This document shows, one piece after another, positions 11,894-26,173 of a DNA stretch of 64,000 nucleotides (position 1 is its first letter; each line of letters opens with the position of its first letter). This DNA is from Haliotis rufescens. Its lineage: Eukaryota. The notes beneath the pieces were generated by a model that had not been told where the DNA came from, did not search any database, and saw only the letters and a list, made by a program, of their open reading frames with translations. The stretch spans positions 37,634,001 through 37,698,000 of the forward strand of contig NW_025964223.1 in assembly GCF_023055435.1 (NCBI RefSeq). Direction: 5' to 3'. The position numbers and the translations under genes are program-made.

Positions 11894-13595
11894 ATCGCTG
11901 TGGCGTTACCACAGTTAATATGTGTACTTGTGTAAACTACACATATGGAGAGACATAATTAGTATGGCCACATAGTTAAGGTTGATAACAATATGAAATG
12001 AATTACTATGATTATCTATAACATATATTAAATCAGCTATCATTGTGATATGTTATGTATATCTTAAGTATAGTTTTGTCAAAATTATGTATGTGTGTGT
12101 GTGTGTGTGTGTTTCCGACTCATTGTCTGTGTAAAAAGGTAGTAGATAACAACATAACTCATATCAGAACGCACAATTGTTAACCATACATTTTAAATTG
12201 ATAGAGAATTGCTACATGAATATGTATATTCCTGCCTGAGCCTATACTATAATTGGATATCTAGTCTCCCCTGGCGGGAAAGTTAAACTTTATTTTACAA
12301 GCACTTTAGCATTAAATTTAATTCCCGAAGACAGTTTGATCGAAAGTCATTATAAGAAACGAGTTGTTTAAAAAAAATATTTACAACGCATTTCATTTCT
12401 ATTGTCCAAGGAATGGGGGTTACGGGTTAATGACGCTCTCGAAAGTCGTATATGTGACTTAAGGTAGAGACATATATCTAATTCATCTGTATTTTGTAAG
12501 GGAAACATAACTGTGTACATGTATGCATAATGTACATGCAACTTAATGAACATAATTGTGATCCCGAAATCGGACGAGCACGTATTCGGCTTCAATTCCA
12601 AACTAATTACCGAACAAAATAATTCTTTGGACGTTGCAAACAATACAAACTGTCTAATAAAACTGACATATATGATCTCCTTTTTATCAGTTTTAAGTTT
12701 GATGGAGAAATGGGGGGGATACTATGAACAAAATGAAAATATGAACAGTGACTATCTGTATTCTTTGAATCTTGCTTATTTATTACACTACAAGAAAATA
12801 TGCAAGCTAAACGAGAAAAAAGTACGTGTGTATTTTGTAACATATTTATCTACTACAAGATGTTTAAAAAATATAATCATAAGAGGCAAAATAGCGGTGA
12901 GAATTACAGGATCACTAAATATCAGCAAAAACCGTTTTAATGTACGGCATTATGGGAGATATTGCTTTCTCGCTCTATCGCTTTATCGCTTTCTCGCTCT
13001 ATCGCTTTCTCTCGGTATAGCAATATTCCCTCTTTGGGTTTTAAACATAAAAGAGAGCTGAGATTTTTCCAGTCGCATTTCAAATTATACATATGGACGG
13101 AATGTTGAAATTTTCTCACTATCTACTGAAATATAATTTAACAGTACAGACATATGTGCTTTTATAACAATCCACGTATTTCTGCGTAAAAAAGAATTTG
13201 ATTGATTTATGACCCTATTTAGCTATTTGATCCCCCGCCCCTAGGCCAAGTTATCAAAACAAATAGCAAATAACACCGCTCAATAGCGATGAGTAGTACG
13301 TACTTCCTAAAAAGCAATGGTGTTTTCCTAAAAACAACGCTTATATCAACGTTTATTCTGTTTGCGGAGTAGATGTCATCAAAGTGGAAGTCCTCATCCA
13401 AGCAATGGTAAATACTACCGGATGTCCTTTATGTAATTTCTAGTTTTTGGATGACATATTGTTCTCAGTAACCGTAATGTGAAAATAGATAATTGATTGG
13501 TTTTATATTCAAGTTGGTATTTCCGCTATTCAAAGTGTTCAGTGAGGCCGTCTTATCAACAGTCATTTCTGAGACATAAATGCAAAGTATAATTA

Positions 13596-13919
13596 CCTTA
13601 TTCGAAAGTAATAAGCGCCCCGCTCTAATCAAAGCCCACGGCGATATTTGCTAAAATATTGGCTAGTGAACAATCCCAATTAGCACCCCTTGCGATTGAT
13701 TAATGTACACAAGACTTATTTATTCGCGTATAATACGCACTCGTGCGTTATATGCACCCTTAATTATGGGCAATTAAATTCGGGAAAAATATATTTGTCG
13801 TACATAAACATTTCAGGCTGTCAGCATAAACCACGAAATTTATCTTTCAATTCAACTTTTTTTTTCCGCAAAAATATTATTCTTGAGAGCGCCCTGGGCA
13901 CTTATTACGTCGAATACGG
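13596..13919. mobile_element. pogo/Tc2-like MITE with TA TSD
   Basis: TIRs CC(T/G)TATTCGA..GTAATAAGCGCCC / GGGCACTTATTACGTCGAATACGG; an empty site with a single TA is present in the sister element near 54755. Confidence 0.8.
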
Positions 13920-14414
13920 TAATTATGTCTAAGCTAATTTTTTTGCATTTATAATTAACGTTAATTTCAAGATTTACAGCACATACTATTCAAAAGAAGT
14001 TAAAGAACACCCGATTCCTTCATATGACTATGGTTAGTCATTAGAAGAAGCAATAGGGCGAGAAAGCGATAGAGCGATAAAGCGAGAAAGCGATAGAGCG
14101 AGAAAGCGATAAAGCGAGAAAGCGATAGAGCGAGAAAGCGAGAAAGCGATGTCCCCTCTCGGCCACCATAGCCCATAGATGGCCACAGCTTCAACCATTC
14201 ATGAATATTCCGTGGTGATTGACCCTCCATGGTAAAACATTTGATGACTGCTATACACTCAAGCTTAAACCATTTCAATGCTAAGGAGTTGGGTACATTA
14301 GAGTTAAAGTAAATTATCGGCAAGAAACATGCCAAACTGTGAAAGATTACTCTACAAACACAGGTCAATACAAAAAATATGTGTCACACATTAGCATCAT
14401 AAAACCCAGATATA

Positions 14415-15867
14415 TACTGAACAACACACGTTCCTGTGACATTGAATAAGATTTAATGCAAAGTTATATAGTTATATTTTTTACCAAATCTGCAACAATT
14501 TCGGTTTGCAACAGATAAAAGACTCTGTAAGTGTGCAAACGGTTTAATTTGACATACTGACCTCAGAAAATGCGTGATTTCATAAAAAACATGAACATGC
14601 CAAAATGTCAATATTCAAATCAATAGCGTGTGTGTCCACCTCTGGTTGCGATGCAAGCAACACATCTTCGTCTCATGGAATGGACCAGGCGCCGCAAGTC
14701 CTGTGGGATATCTGTCTATATCTGCTGGAGCATGTTTCGAAGTTCCTGGAGTAAATGTGGAACACGTGGTTGACGTCGAAGGCACCGATCCATCTCATCC
14801 CACATGTGCTCGATTGTTGAGAGATCCGGGGAACGAGCCGGCCAGGGGATGGCTTTCACGTTGTTTTGTTGAAGAGAATCCTGAACAAGTCGAGCAGTAT
14901 GAGGCTTGGCGTTGTCATGTTGAAAGGAAATGTCTGGGCCATGACGACGCAAAAACGGTAGAACAACAGGGCCGATGATCTCATCGCGGTAGCGCTGTCT
15001 ATTGAGATTTCCCTCTACGACAATCAAACGGGTCCTCTGTCTTGCTGTAATCCCACCCCATACCATACCGCTACTGCCCCCGAACCGATCTTCTTCCATG
15101 ACACAATGATTGACGTAACGTTCACCTAGACGTCGGTACACTCGAATCCGTCCATCACTGTGGCTGAGGTGAAAACGAGACTCGTCAGTGAATAGAACTC
15201 CCCACTGCATGGCCGCCCACTGTACACGTGTTTGACGGTGGTTTCCTGTCAAAATGGGACGTCTGGCGGGTCTACTGGCGACAATCCCTGCACATCTGAG
15301 GCGACGACGTACGGTTTGTGAAGATATTCGTCGAAGAATTGTTTTCGTAGGTGTGTTGTTCGAATCCAGTTGTCTTGTCGATTATTGGTTACGCGTGGCC
15401 TGCCACTCCGAGGATGGTCTCTGACTGCATTCTTTTGTTGCCAACGTTGTCATAAACACTAAATGGCGTTTCTGTGGACGTTAAATTGTCTTGCAACATC
15501 ACGTTGACTCGATCCTGCTTCAAGTATACCAATGGCTCGCAGACGCTCATTTTCGAACAGGCGTGGCATTTCGTAATGTTGAATAATTGCATAATTTTGT
15601 TGTTTTTCTGAACGGTTGTTGTCAGCACGATGCTAAACAATGCATATGGAATCCCCTTAACGCACATGTTTTTATACCCATTCTTTGGTAGTGAAATGCA
15701 TGGGGCTTGCATAAAAGTCAACTTTTGCATGGAATGCATGCTTTTCTGTAGCAGTTGCGTTTTTGTGGCTTGATTCCATACATATACTACAATTTTGAAA
15801 ACCAAACTTTACTTGTTTGAAAAATACACTAAAATATTGGTGTCACAGGAACTTTTGTTGTTGAGTA
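14415..15867 (-). mobile_element. Tc1-family transposon, decayed; transposase pseudogene ~15569..14620
   Basis: Imperfect TIRs TACT(G/C)AACAAC..GTTCCTGTGACA flanked by TA; motifs MPRL, GRPRVT, FTDESRF, FQHDNAKPH, WPARSPDLSTIEHMWD; internal stops. Confidence 0.9.
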
Positions 15868-18416
15868 TATATGCCAGGTTAAAAACTTACTCATATCCCT
15901 TTGTGCACTTGTAAGATACACCTTATGTTACAACAATCAAAACAGTGGAAGCATATGTGCCTCATCCAAGATAATTTAGTGTGACAAATAGTGGACATTC
16001 TGGACTCCACCGACATTTATAATACGGCCTGTTATTAGTTATTGGTGCTGCCAAATATTTTGACCCATTGTATTACCGTGTATGATTGTAATCCAAATAC
16101 TGTGTAATTCAATATAATTTGATAACTGTTCATTGAACGTGTGTGCCTATTTACTGATTTCACAATTTAGTTCTGTACATTGTGATTTGAATTTTTCAAT
16201 CAACATGTATCAGCTATGGAAAGATCAGTTGCATTTTAATTTTTTAACAAAATGATAATATAAATGTAATAATGTCATAAAATGGACAACATTATTTTTG
16301 AGAGGGAAGTGTGAAGTGAGTTTTTCCCCATAGATGTAGCTGGGCAACACAGATGAACGTAATGGCCAAACGATCGCATTCAAAAGTGGGAGAGATGACA
16401 ATTGGTATATAGAGAAAAGTTACTGCAGATCAACGTTAAAATTCCAGGAAATACCAAATGTCCCCCCCTTCATAAAATGGACTTGTCTGACATTGCCGAG
16501 GTCGAATTGTATTACGTGAGTAATCATTATTTATATACAGGTAAATACTTTTAAAGCTTACATATTTCATTAACATCCTTGAAGAGGCTGTACAAAATGT
16601 TCATATCTCATGTAAAGAAAACACTGTAGGGAGAATAAACCATTAGCGGCTTCATTGTAAACTCTCCCTGCAGAGTTTTATTGTACGATAAACAATGACC
16701 ATGAGTCTTTCATTTCTATGATTAGACTCAAGTGCATTTGGCATGGATTTTAGGAACGCTTCTTTGTGACACTTTAATGACGTCTACGGTCAAAGGGGGG
16801 CGACTCTGACATGAACATCGATCACACCTCTTTCAACAACTAATTATTGTTATTGATTTATCATTAATTGTTAAAGTTGATTATATCTTGAATAAATGTT
16901 TGAAGATTTTATCACGTCTCCTTCCTATTTTGCAGGTGGCTACATTTTGGCGAGCGTGCCAAGATCGGCTAGGAACTAGAAAGTGCGATCAAGGGTGACT
17001 CTACATCATGGCCACGGAAGAGGTACAGGACCTTCTACTTGACATCTAGTCAAGACTGTATTCCATTACCGTAGAGAGAATGAGACAGGTAATTGAGAGC
17101 ATAGACATTCCTATGAAGACAGTAAAGACCGACACCAGATTATTGCAATCGAGAGATATTTGGAGGTCCACCACAAGGATATTGATGCTCTCAATAGGAC
17201 CCTGGAAGTAATCGAGTCACAGTGCAACACCAACACAAAAGTCTCAACATCATCAACTGAGAACCGCAAGGAACTAAAGATAACCGTCTAAAACAAGCAG
17301 CAGAGGGAATCAGCTTCATAAACCTTGTCCGACAAATTGATATGGCCAAACAGAGGAGATATAACAATACTGAAATCGTCTGGGCAGTGGTTAAGGCAAT
17401 TCATCCATCCCAACAACTGTGGGGATATTTAGAACTATAACATCAAGAGTCCATAGTGTGGAAGCAGAAGAGGATAACTCAACAATGGCTGGCAAGGACA
17501 TTCTCAAGGAGCTGAATGCCGAAGTTGCAGCTCTTCGTCAAGAACTCAGAGATCAGAAACAGAATGTGAACGGTTTGTCAGGAAATGTGACAAGTGAGAA
17601 CAGTCAGGAGCGAGATGTGGACACTGCTTCAAGTGTGGTTCTGAGGATCATTTCTAGGCAGGATGCAAGCAGAATAGACATTTGGGAAATGGAACATGGT
17701 CAGTGCCCAAGGGAAACCATTGACCAAGACTGTTAGTGACCCAAAATGTAAACAGTGTGGTCGAAAGTGTGAAAAAGTTTGTAGTGGGTGTGGTGTGACA
17801 TTCCATTTGTAATCAGAGATGTCAACACGTAGACTGGTCTAATCATAAGATTTTAGCTATAAGTTAGATAGTGAGTCTGTTAGTTTGGGTACTTCATTGT
17901 CAGCTAAAGATCAAAGTTGTATTATAGAGTTAATTGGTAAGAAATGTATTGTGTTGTGTGTTCTAAGTGGCAATAAGACTGAGGTTCTATGGGACACTGG
18001 AGCACAGGTTTCCTTTGGCCATCAACGTGGTTGAAGAAGCACTTACCAACTGAACAGCCAAGACCCATCACAGAACTGCTAGCAGATGTACACCTCAACG
18101 TTCGTGCTGCAGATGGTACTATAATCCCCTTCAAAGGTTGGATTCCCTTGACATTCAAACAACTGAAAGGACAAGAGAAGCAAGTCCCTGTGCCCTGTCT
18201 GGCTTTCTGATCACCAACTCCCCTGGAATAAACAAACCTCTTATAGGATATAATGGCAACGAGCAATACCTTCTTGGAACTCCATCGAGCATTGAGACAA
18301 CTGTGGATGTGATACAATCAGGCATGCCAGCAGTGGAACACAAGACCCAAGCTGCTCTAGTAAACTTCCTTGGGAAGGACAGAGAAGATGTGATAAGTTT
18401 GGTGTCTCTGGGAAGA

Positions 18417-18586
18417 GTGAGTGAGTGAGTGAGTATGGTTTTACGCCGCTTTTAGAAATATTCCAGCAATATCACGGCGGGGGACACCAGAAATGGGCTT
18501 CACACATTGTACCCATGTCGGGAATCGAACCCGGGTCTTCGGCGTGACGAGCGAATGCTTTAACCACTAGGCTACCCGACCGCCCC
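18417..18586 (-). mobile_element. tRNA-derived SINE (family A), full length
   Basis: 11-bp TSD CTCTGGGAAGA (18406..18416, 18587..18597); boxes A and B; (ACTC)n tail. Confidence 0.9.
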
Positions 18587-21585
18587 CTCTGGGAAGACAA
18601 GGAATCAAGATTTCTAAAGGAGAGACAGTTGAGGACCAACTTGAGGGAGAAGACAACTGCTGTATTCAAGCCTAATGTGTGCAATGACATTCCAGAAGAG
18701 ATTGAGATCTTAGGAAACAGTACAGCTGAGGCAAGGTATGATAACTTCTGTGAATGTGTTCATCACTAATACCTCAAGTTGAGACATTTCCCTCAGATGC
18801 AAGACCAATGTAGGCAGCCTCCACAGTGTAAAGTCAGTGTTTCTACTGGTTGACAGAGATGACACCCAGGATCAGGAAATAGACTTGAAGGCAACCACAG
18901 TCACAGACATTCCACCTCCTAAAAGGGACAATGATGAAGTATTGTGGCAACCACCTGTAGACATCGGACAGGACTTCACTCAGGAACAGCAAGAGCAGAT
19001 CAAGAAATTCTTGTTTGAGGAATCAGAAGCATTCTCTAGGAATGATGATGAAATCAGAAAGGCAACAGACTTAAGCCTTGAAATTCGTCTGAAAGATCAC
19101 GAGCCCGTTCAGCAGAACTACATTGCTATTCCAGGAGCACTTTACAAGGAAGTCAAAGAGTAGCTGCATGATCCTATCCAGAAGAATTCCATCAGGAAAA
19201 GTCGATCATCATACTCAAGTGCCATGGTGTGTGTCAGAAAACGAGATGGATTCCTACGTCTATGCATAGACTACAGGAAGCTCAACCAGAAGACGATCAG
19301 TGACCAGCAGCCGATCCCTAGAATACAAGATGCACTCAATGGCCTGAAAGGAAAGTCTTGGTACACGCTACTTGACCAGGGAAAAGCCTATCATCAGGCA
19401 TATGTGAAGGAAGAATGTAAACCTCTCACAGCCTTTGAGACTCCATGGGGCCATTACGAGTGGAATCGGATACCGTTTGGATTGTTAGGAGCACCTGGCC
19501 AATTCCAAAGATTAATGGAGGAGACCCTAGGAGACTTGCGAGACACCTGCTGCTGTCCTTATCTGGATGATATCCTTGTAGTCTCGGGATCTTTTGAGCA
19601 ACACCTGGAAGATTACGGGAGGTGCTCAAGAGACTCAAGGAGAAGAGCATCAAGCTGAAGCCAAGAAAATGTGCGATTTTCAAGATACAAGTCCACTACC
19701 TTGACCACCTTGTGTCCAAAGATGGATACCAGCAGTCGAGGCTCTGAAAACCAAGGAATCAAGACTATTGGAGACCTTCGTAGATGATGCTTGGATTTCT
19801 AAGTTACTACAGGAAGTACATCATTTTTCTATCATTGTCAAGCCTCTGTACAACCTGCTGAAAAAGGAACCAGTCTTACAAAGGAAAGAGAAATTACATT
19901 GCAAAGGACAAGTGAAATCATCTTCCAAAGTAGTGTGGACCAATGAGCAACAACAGATCTTGGAGCAAACCATCAACATGTTGCTAAAGCCTCAAGTCAT
20001 GACATGACTTTGAAAAGCCATATATTCTGCACACAGATGCCTGTCAGGAGGGTCTTGGGGCTGTATTGTACCAGAAGTCAGAAGATGGTAAACTACGGAC
20101 TGTGGGATATGGATCCAGGATACTAACTCCTTCAGAAAAAAACCTACCACATGCACTCTGGCAAACTTGAATTCCTGGCTTCGAAGTGGGCAAAAGTGAG
20201 AAGTTCAGAGACTATCTATACTACGTTCCCAGCTTTATTGTATATATGGATAATAACTCACTCACATATACATCTTAACAACAGCAAAACTGGATAGCAC
20301 ACATCACAGATGGCTTACAGAATTGTCAGACTTCAACTTGGAGACTAAATACAAGCCTGGTACCAACAACAAGGATGTCGATGGACTATCAAGAATGCCA
20401 CTAGATATCAACAAGTATATGACCGAGTGTACAGAGACTGTCATCACAGAATGCAAGGAAGCCATAATACATGCAAATATAACCGGAAAACGACCAATTA
20501 CCTATATGGATATCTGCATTTTGCAGTGATGCATCAGTATTACCAGAAGAAGCCATCATTACACAGTTGCATAACGGGTTGTCTCAAGAGAAAATAAAGA
20601 AAGCTCAAGAAAAGGATAGTGTAATGAAGCCAGTTCTAAGATACAAGATCATGAAGAAAAGACTAAAGATGGATGAATCAAGTTCCCTAAATCTGTCCAT
20701 TGATGAGAGAATGCAAGACTTACCTACAAGGAGTAGAAGAGAGAACACAGCTTGTATTACCTGCAGTTTACAAACCACTTGTACTCCAAGAACTCCATGA
20801 TAATATGGGACACCTTGGAGCCAACCGAGTTCTTGCACTAGCCAGAGAGAGATTCTTTTGGCCTAAGATGAGAGAAGATATAGAATTCTCTGTGACAAAG
20901 AGATGTACATGTATCAAGGACAAAACACCAACTTGCCAGACAAGAGCACCAATGATACCAGTCCAGACTACAGCACCATTTGACCAAGTATCTATTGACT
21001 TTCTTCACCTGGAAAAAAGCACAGCAGGATACGAATACATTCTAGTAGTTGTCGACCACTTCACTTGATTTGCTCATGCGTACCCCACAAGAAACGAAAA
21101 GGTGAAGACGGTAGCAGAGAAAATCTTCAACGATTTCATCATGAGGTTTGGATATCCAATACATCTCCATCACGACCAAGGCGGAGAGTTTGAGAATAAG
21201 ATCCTCTATGAACTTCAGAAACTAAGTGGTATTCAGAAGTGCAGGACGACCAGCTATCATCCTCAGGGGAATGGAAAAGTCGAGAGGTTCAACCGGACAT
21301 TGTTAATTACGCGGAACGATTCCACTGGCTTTTCACCATTTTACCTCATGTATGGAAGATCACCTAGGCTACCCATCGATCTTGTCTTCAATCACCATGA
21401 AGAAAAGAGTTAAACCATCCAGGACGGTACCAACAAGTGGAGAACAAGAATGGAGGAGGACTATCAACTGTCATTTGAGCACTATGACCGGAAGGTAAAG
21501 AGTGCGCAGCTGCTACCTGGTGATCAAGAACTTCTAAGAAACTTATCAGAGCAGTGAGGACCAGGCATACTGAGATCACATTGGG

Positions 21586-21851
21586 TTGGTTGGTTGGTTT
21601 GTTGTTTAAAGCCGCACTCAGCAATATTCCAGCTATATGACGGCGGTCTGTAAATCGAGTCTGGACCAGACAATCCAGTGATTAATATCATGAGCATCGA
21701 TCCACGCAATTGGGATTGATGACATGCATCAACAATGTCAGCGAACCTGACCACCCGATCCCGTTAGTCGCCTTTTACAACAAACATAGTCACCTTTTAC
21801 GGCAAGCATGGGTTGCTGAAGACCTATTCTACCCCGGAATCTTCACGGGTC
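21586..21851 (-). mobile_element. SINE-like retroposon (family B), full length
   Basis: 13-bp TSD AGATCACATTGGG; (AACC/AAC)n tail; at least 5 further copies in the window. Confidence 0.9.
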
Positions 21852-23416
21852 AGATCACATTGGGGAGACCAAGTGTACACCATTACCAAGAACATTGGCG
21901 ATGAAAGCCCAGTTTATGACATAACTCCTGAAGATGAAACTGGGAAAACAAAGGTGGTACACAGGAACTTACTCTACCCATGCGATTATATTTAGACAGA
22001 CCTCAAGAACCCATCCAGAAAACAAGACAGAAGATCAAAAGAACAAGACCAAAGTCAAGACAAAGGACAAGACAAGGACAAAGTCTTTGGAATTTAAAGT
22101 ATCTCAGTTTTGTTCAAAGTAGCAATGTTGACTATCCAAAAGAACCCATATCTAAACCACTTCCTGCCAGAGATATCCTTGAACAGACTGATAGAATTGC
22201 CCAACAGGACAGAGAAGAACCAGGAGAGGCTACTGACTTTGAAACTGCAAGTGAATACAATTTTGAATCAGAGTCTGATTCTGACCAAGACTTACCGCAA
22301 GAAGCTGTGGATCAAGATGGAGATGGAACGAGACAAATTGATGGAACTGAGGCTGCTACTGCACCACCTGATGCATCAGGAGAAGTTCCTCCTCGTAGTG
22401 CAAGGATCCGTCGACCCCCAGCACAGCTGACCTGTGACACTGTAGGCAACCCATCCAAATGGCGTCTACATCCTGGAGTTCACTTCTTCCAAGCAATGCT
22501 GATCCATACCTACCAGTACCAGTACTTCAGGCAACCCATGATGTTCAGAGTGAGTGCCTACCCACAGATGTACTCAGTTCCAGTAATTATGTTATTCTAC
22601 CAGGGAAAGATGATAACAAGTGCTGAGAACTGAGATAAGAAGTGATGACTGTAGACATTTTTTGTGAATGAAGAGCGTGATAGAGATTATAAAGTGTGGG
22701 GCTGTTTGTTCTTGGTGAGATTGCCATTGTATACTACTATTGAATTTTGAAAGGTGTATTAAAGGTTGTGTGATTGGATAATTGTCCATCAGAATTTTGT
22801 AGTTAAGTCTGTCTATGGATGAGATGTAACAATTGTAGATCGATCACAGTCACAAGGTTTAGTAATGTCATTGTTGTGGTGAATTAGGGGTATCCAGCTG
22901 TATTGTTAGTGAGTACTGGTATGACCAATGCTTTAAGCCTTTGCTCTTGAGTGAAAGTTTTAAACCTTGTTATTATTTACATCACATTGTAAGCAATATC
23001 ATGTCACACTTAAAGTGTTGTTATTTAGTGTAGCTAGTATGTTTTACCTCAAATTGATTGGTAATCTAGGGTGATAGATAAGTATCATGTTTGTAAATAT
23101 GTTTAAACTAAGGTTAGTGGTGATGTGTGAACTGTTGGTAGTAAGGATACCTGCTTTGTCTGATGTTAGGATAACATCAATTTTTGTGGGGGAGTGTGTA
23201 ACAATATGATTAGATTAAAGTGCATTCGGCATGGATTTTAGGAATGCTTCTTGTGACACTTTAATGACGTCTATGGTCAAAGGGGGACATGACATGAATA
23301 TTGATCATGCCACTTTTACGTGATAGCAGAATGCAGCCTTCTGATTGGTTGCGGCCTGAACGTCCTTGTACCATGTTGATTATATCTTGAATACAAGATT
23401 TCATCGCGTCTCCTCC

Positions 23417-23924
23417 CAATCTCATTAAAATCATATCTTAGTTCTCGCTGCCGCTAAACAAAGATCTGAGGACATCCCATTACGGCTCATGTCAGAACGA
23501 CTTTTCGCGAACTCTGACCGACCAATGGAATTACTGACAAGAAGTCGACATTAGCCAATCAGAAGGCAGCTTTCTCGTGTTTTACAACTAATTTCAAATT
23601 GGCGACCACGCTTCAAAACATATTTTGACAAAATCTCGCTTAAAAATTTGAAACCTGAACAAAAGGACATTCCCAAATGGCTAATATATGGTCTAGAATG
23701 TATAGATTCAGTCGTTAAGCCCATAACTATCGTTCGGAATACTCCGTTTTAAAGTTTCTGCGGCTGCATGATTAGAAATCACATTCCGACTGTCACTTTC
23801 ATGATCTGGTAAGCGACGCTCTGATTGGTCGGATGAAAGGTCGTTCTGACGTGACCCCTAATGGGATGTCCTCAGATCTTTGTTTTGCGGGAGCGAGAAC
23901 TAAGATCTGGTTTTAATGAGATTG
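23417..23924. mobile_element. MULE-like foldback MITE inserted in the Gypsy 3' LTR
   Basis: Long imperfect TIRs CAATCTCATTAAAA..AAAGATCTGAGGACATCCCATTA; 9-bp TSD GTCTCCTCC (23408..23416, 23925..23933). Confidence 0.85.
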
Positions 23925-25613
23925 GTCTCCTCCCTATTTTGCAGGTAAATATAATTAACTAGGTCTTTAAACTTTGGACATTGTTAGATAATGAATCACA
24001 TTTATGTAGGTTTTATATCACATATATTTAATCTGAATTTGTGGTTAGATATTTCACGGCAAATGCCGAAGGTCAATAGTGCCACTCAGAAACGGTCTAG
24101 TCACGTTTTAGTCATTTATCTTAAATAAAAACAATTTTTGTAAGTATATTTTGAGTAGAAGGTGTTATTATATACTTTGCTAACAATCTTACTGTTCAAA
24201 TGTGATTATGTATTCTCCAACTTTGTAAACAAGAGTCTTTTGGACGTATGCTTTAACCTGTATAAGTTACATTCGCTGTAAGATGTGTTACTGTAAGTGC
24301 TATGTAAACTACACAGCAAAGGGAGATAACTACTGTGGGGTCATGCATAACATCGCTACGTAGTATCAAAGCTATACTGGGTTGTTTTGAGTAGGAATTT
24401 CGTTGTTAAAGGGGCACCCATCTCTGGCTTCTTCTCGGGTGTCTAACAATGACAGCTAGGGCTCACTAGCTGCTGTGAGTCGATTTGCTCACTAACGCAA
24501 CTGAGCGTGACAAGAGACTGGGCTACCGTCTGTAAGCACAGCTAAATAAACTTTAAGGAAATATCTGTTTTATGCATTTTTAAACACTGATTGGTATCCC
24601 GTGAGCTATAAAGATTTTGACAAAAGGCGCAAATTTATTAATTTCTTCAGCCTAAACAGACAAAAAGAACGGTGGAAGCTCATCGGATATTGTTATTTGG
24701 AATTCCCCCGATGGTTAGAGTTTAATTTTAAAAGTATCCCTGCAGTGAAAGCATTTTCGGATTTGGGATTGCGTGGATAATACGATTGCTACTCCCTTGT
24801 TGTCATCCATGTTTTCTGGTATAATCCTACACCCCTGTCTTTGTCGTCATTCACTTGATACTCAGTTAATGAATTTATTACAGGTATAATTAGTGGTAGC
24901 ACCACTCAGATTACCTAACGGGTTCTCATTTGCATTTCTTGTGTCTGGGGTAATTATTTAATCTAATTGCATGTTTGAAGTGGGGTGAAATGTATGTTAC
25001 GTCATCTGCACGTGGCAGCCCAGCAAGAGGAGTGATCAGTCAATTTACTTTTTTCTAAATCAACTGATCATTCCTTGCCATCAAAGGATCAACAGAAAAT
25101 AAGTTGATTGGTTAATCACTGTTATCTTACAGTTGGATTTGTCAAAAGTAAGTGTTTACATGTGTAGGTTTACTACAGCAGACGGAATATACTCACATCA
25201 TGGCGCGAAGTGCCAATGTAAGAACAACATACTTTGTTCAAAGGATAAACCGATAATACGTTGAGTGATAGCTCATTGTCACGTGGGCTTTCTCAGCTGA
25301 CCGTTGAGACTTTACACCTAAACAACTATAAACTTAGTGATCAGTTGAGAAACGAACACGGGTCATATTATCCAGAAACGCTATATATATTCTAAAATAT
25401 TTGATTGTTACAAAGACACCTGACAAGTTTCTGTGTACAGCTGCAGATGTATGGGATATTGTTCCTTTATGTGGATAATCACAGATACATTCCTTGAACA
25501 TGATAACTGCCTGATATTATACATATTACTTTGGTAGGTTGTAATTATGATATTTGCATTTTGTTTTCATTCATTTGCTGTAGCATTGAACAGATTTATT
25601 CTTGTTCCTCTAC

Positions 25614-26112
25614 TTTTTATCCCCCCGGCATATAATGCGGGGGGATATGGCGATCAGCCAGTCTGTCTGTCCGTCCGTCCGTAATCATTTCCTTTTCCGG
25701 GGCAGAATTCGAAAACCATTCAGTGTATTTGATCGAAACTTGGCAAATCTATCAGGCACATACTGAAGTGGTGCCTTTTGATATTTGGGAATTTTTCTAA
25801 TTTTTATTTTTTAAATTTTTTATGGAATGAAGTTGGACATAGACTCAATTGGGGATGGGGTTCGTTTCCGGGGACGAATTCGAAATCCATTCAGTGTATT
25901 TGATTGAAACTTGGCAAAGCTATCAGGCACATACTGAAGTGGTGCCTTTTGATAAAAATTTTTTTTACGAATTTTTATTTTTTACAATTTTTATTGAAAG
26001 AAATTGGACCTAGACTCCATGGGGAATTCTCCATAGAGAATTGCACATTTACTAGTGGTTACTTTACAGACAGCTGCCGGGGGGATATGTCATCTTTCTG
26101 ATGACTCTTGTT
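25614..26112 (+). mobile_element. Helentron-associated/DINE-1-like (HINE) non-autonomous element
   Basis: 5' T-run plus ATCCCCCC..GGGGGGATAT hairpin, (GTCC)n, two internal ~170-bp repeats, 3' stem-loop GTCATC..GATGAC then CTTGTT. Confidence 0.8.
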
Positions 26113-26173
26113 TGTTGGGAAGTTCTTCAATGCGGGATAGACGTTGTTTTCACAAGCCTTTTCGTTTGTAGGC

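Larger units (their letters stand above)
11148..14170. mobile_element. Non-autonomous IS3EU-like TIR element (TAY..RTA ends, 6-bp TSD)
   Basis: TIR TATGGTGGACGAGAGGGGACATCGCTTTCTCGC / GCGAGAAAGCGATGTCCCCTCTCGGCCACCATA; flanked by GCCCAT at 11142..11147 and 14171..14176. Confidence 0.8.

Noticed and set aside
18510-18586. Possible tRNA gene
   Set aside because: tRNA-like head of a SINE with body, tail and TSD; no proper acceptor stem
21980-22633. 217-aa ORF as an independent gene or env
   Set aside because: It is the low-complexity C-terminal tail of the Gypsy integrase region (PRSARIRRPPAQL); no env features seen
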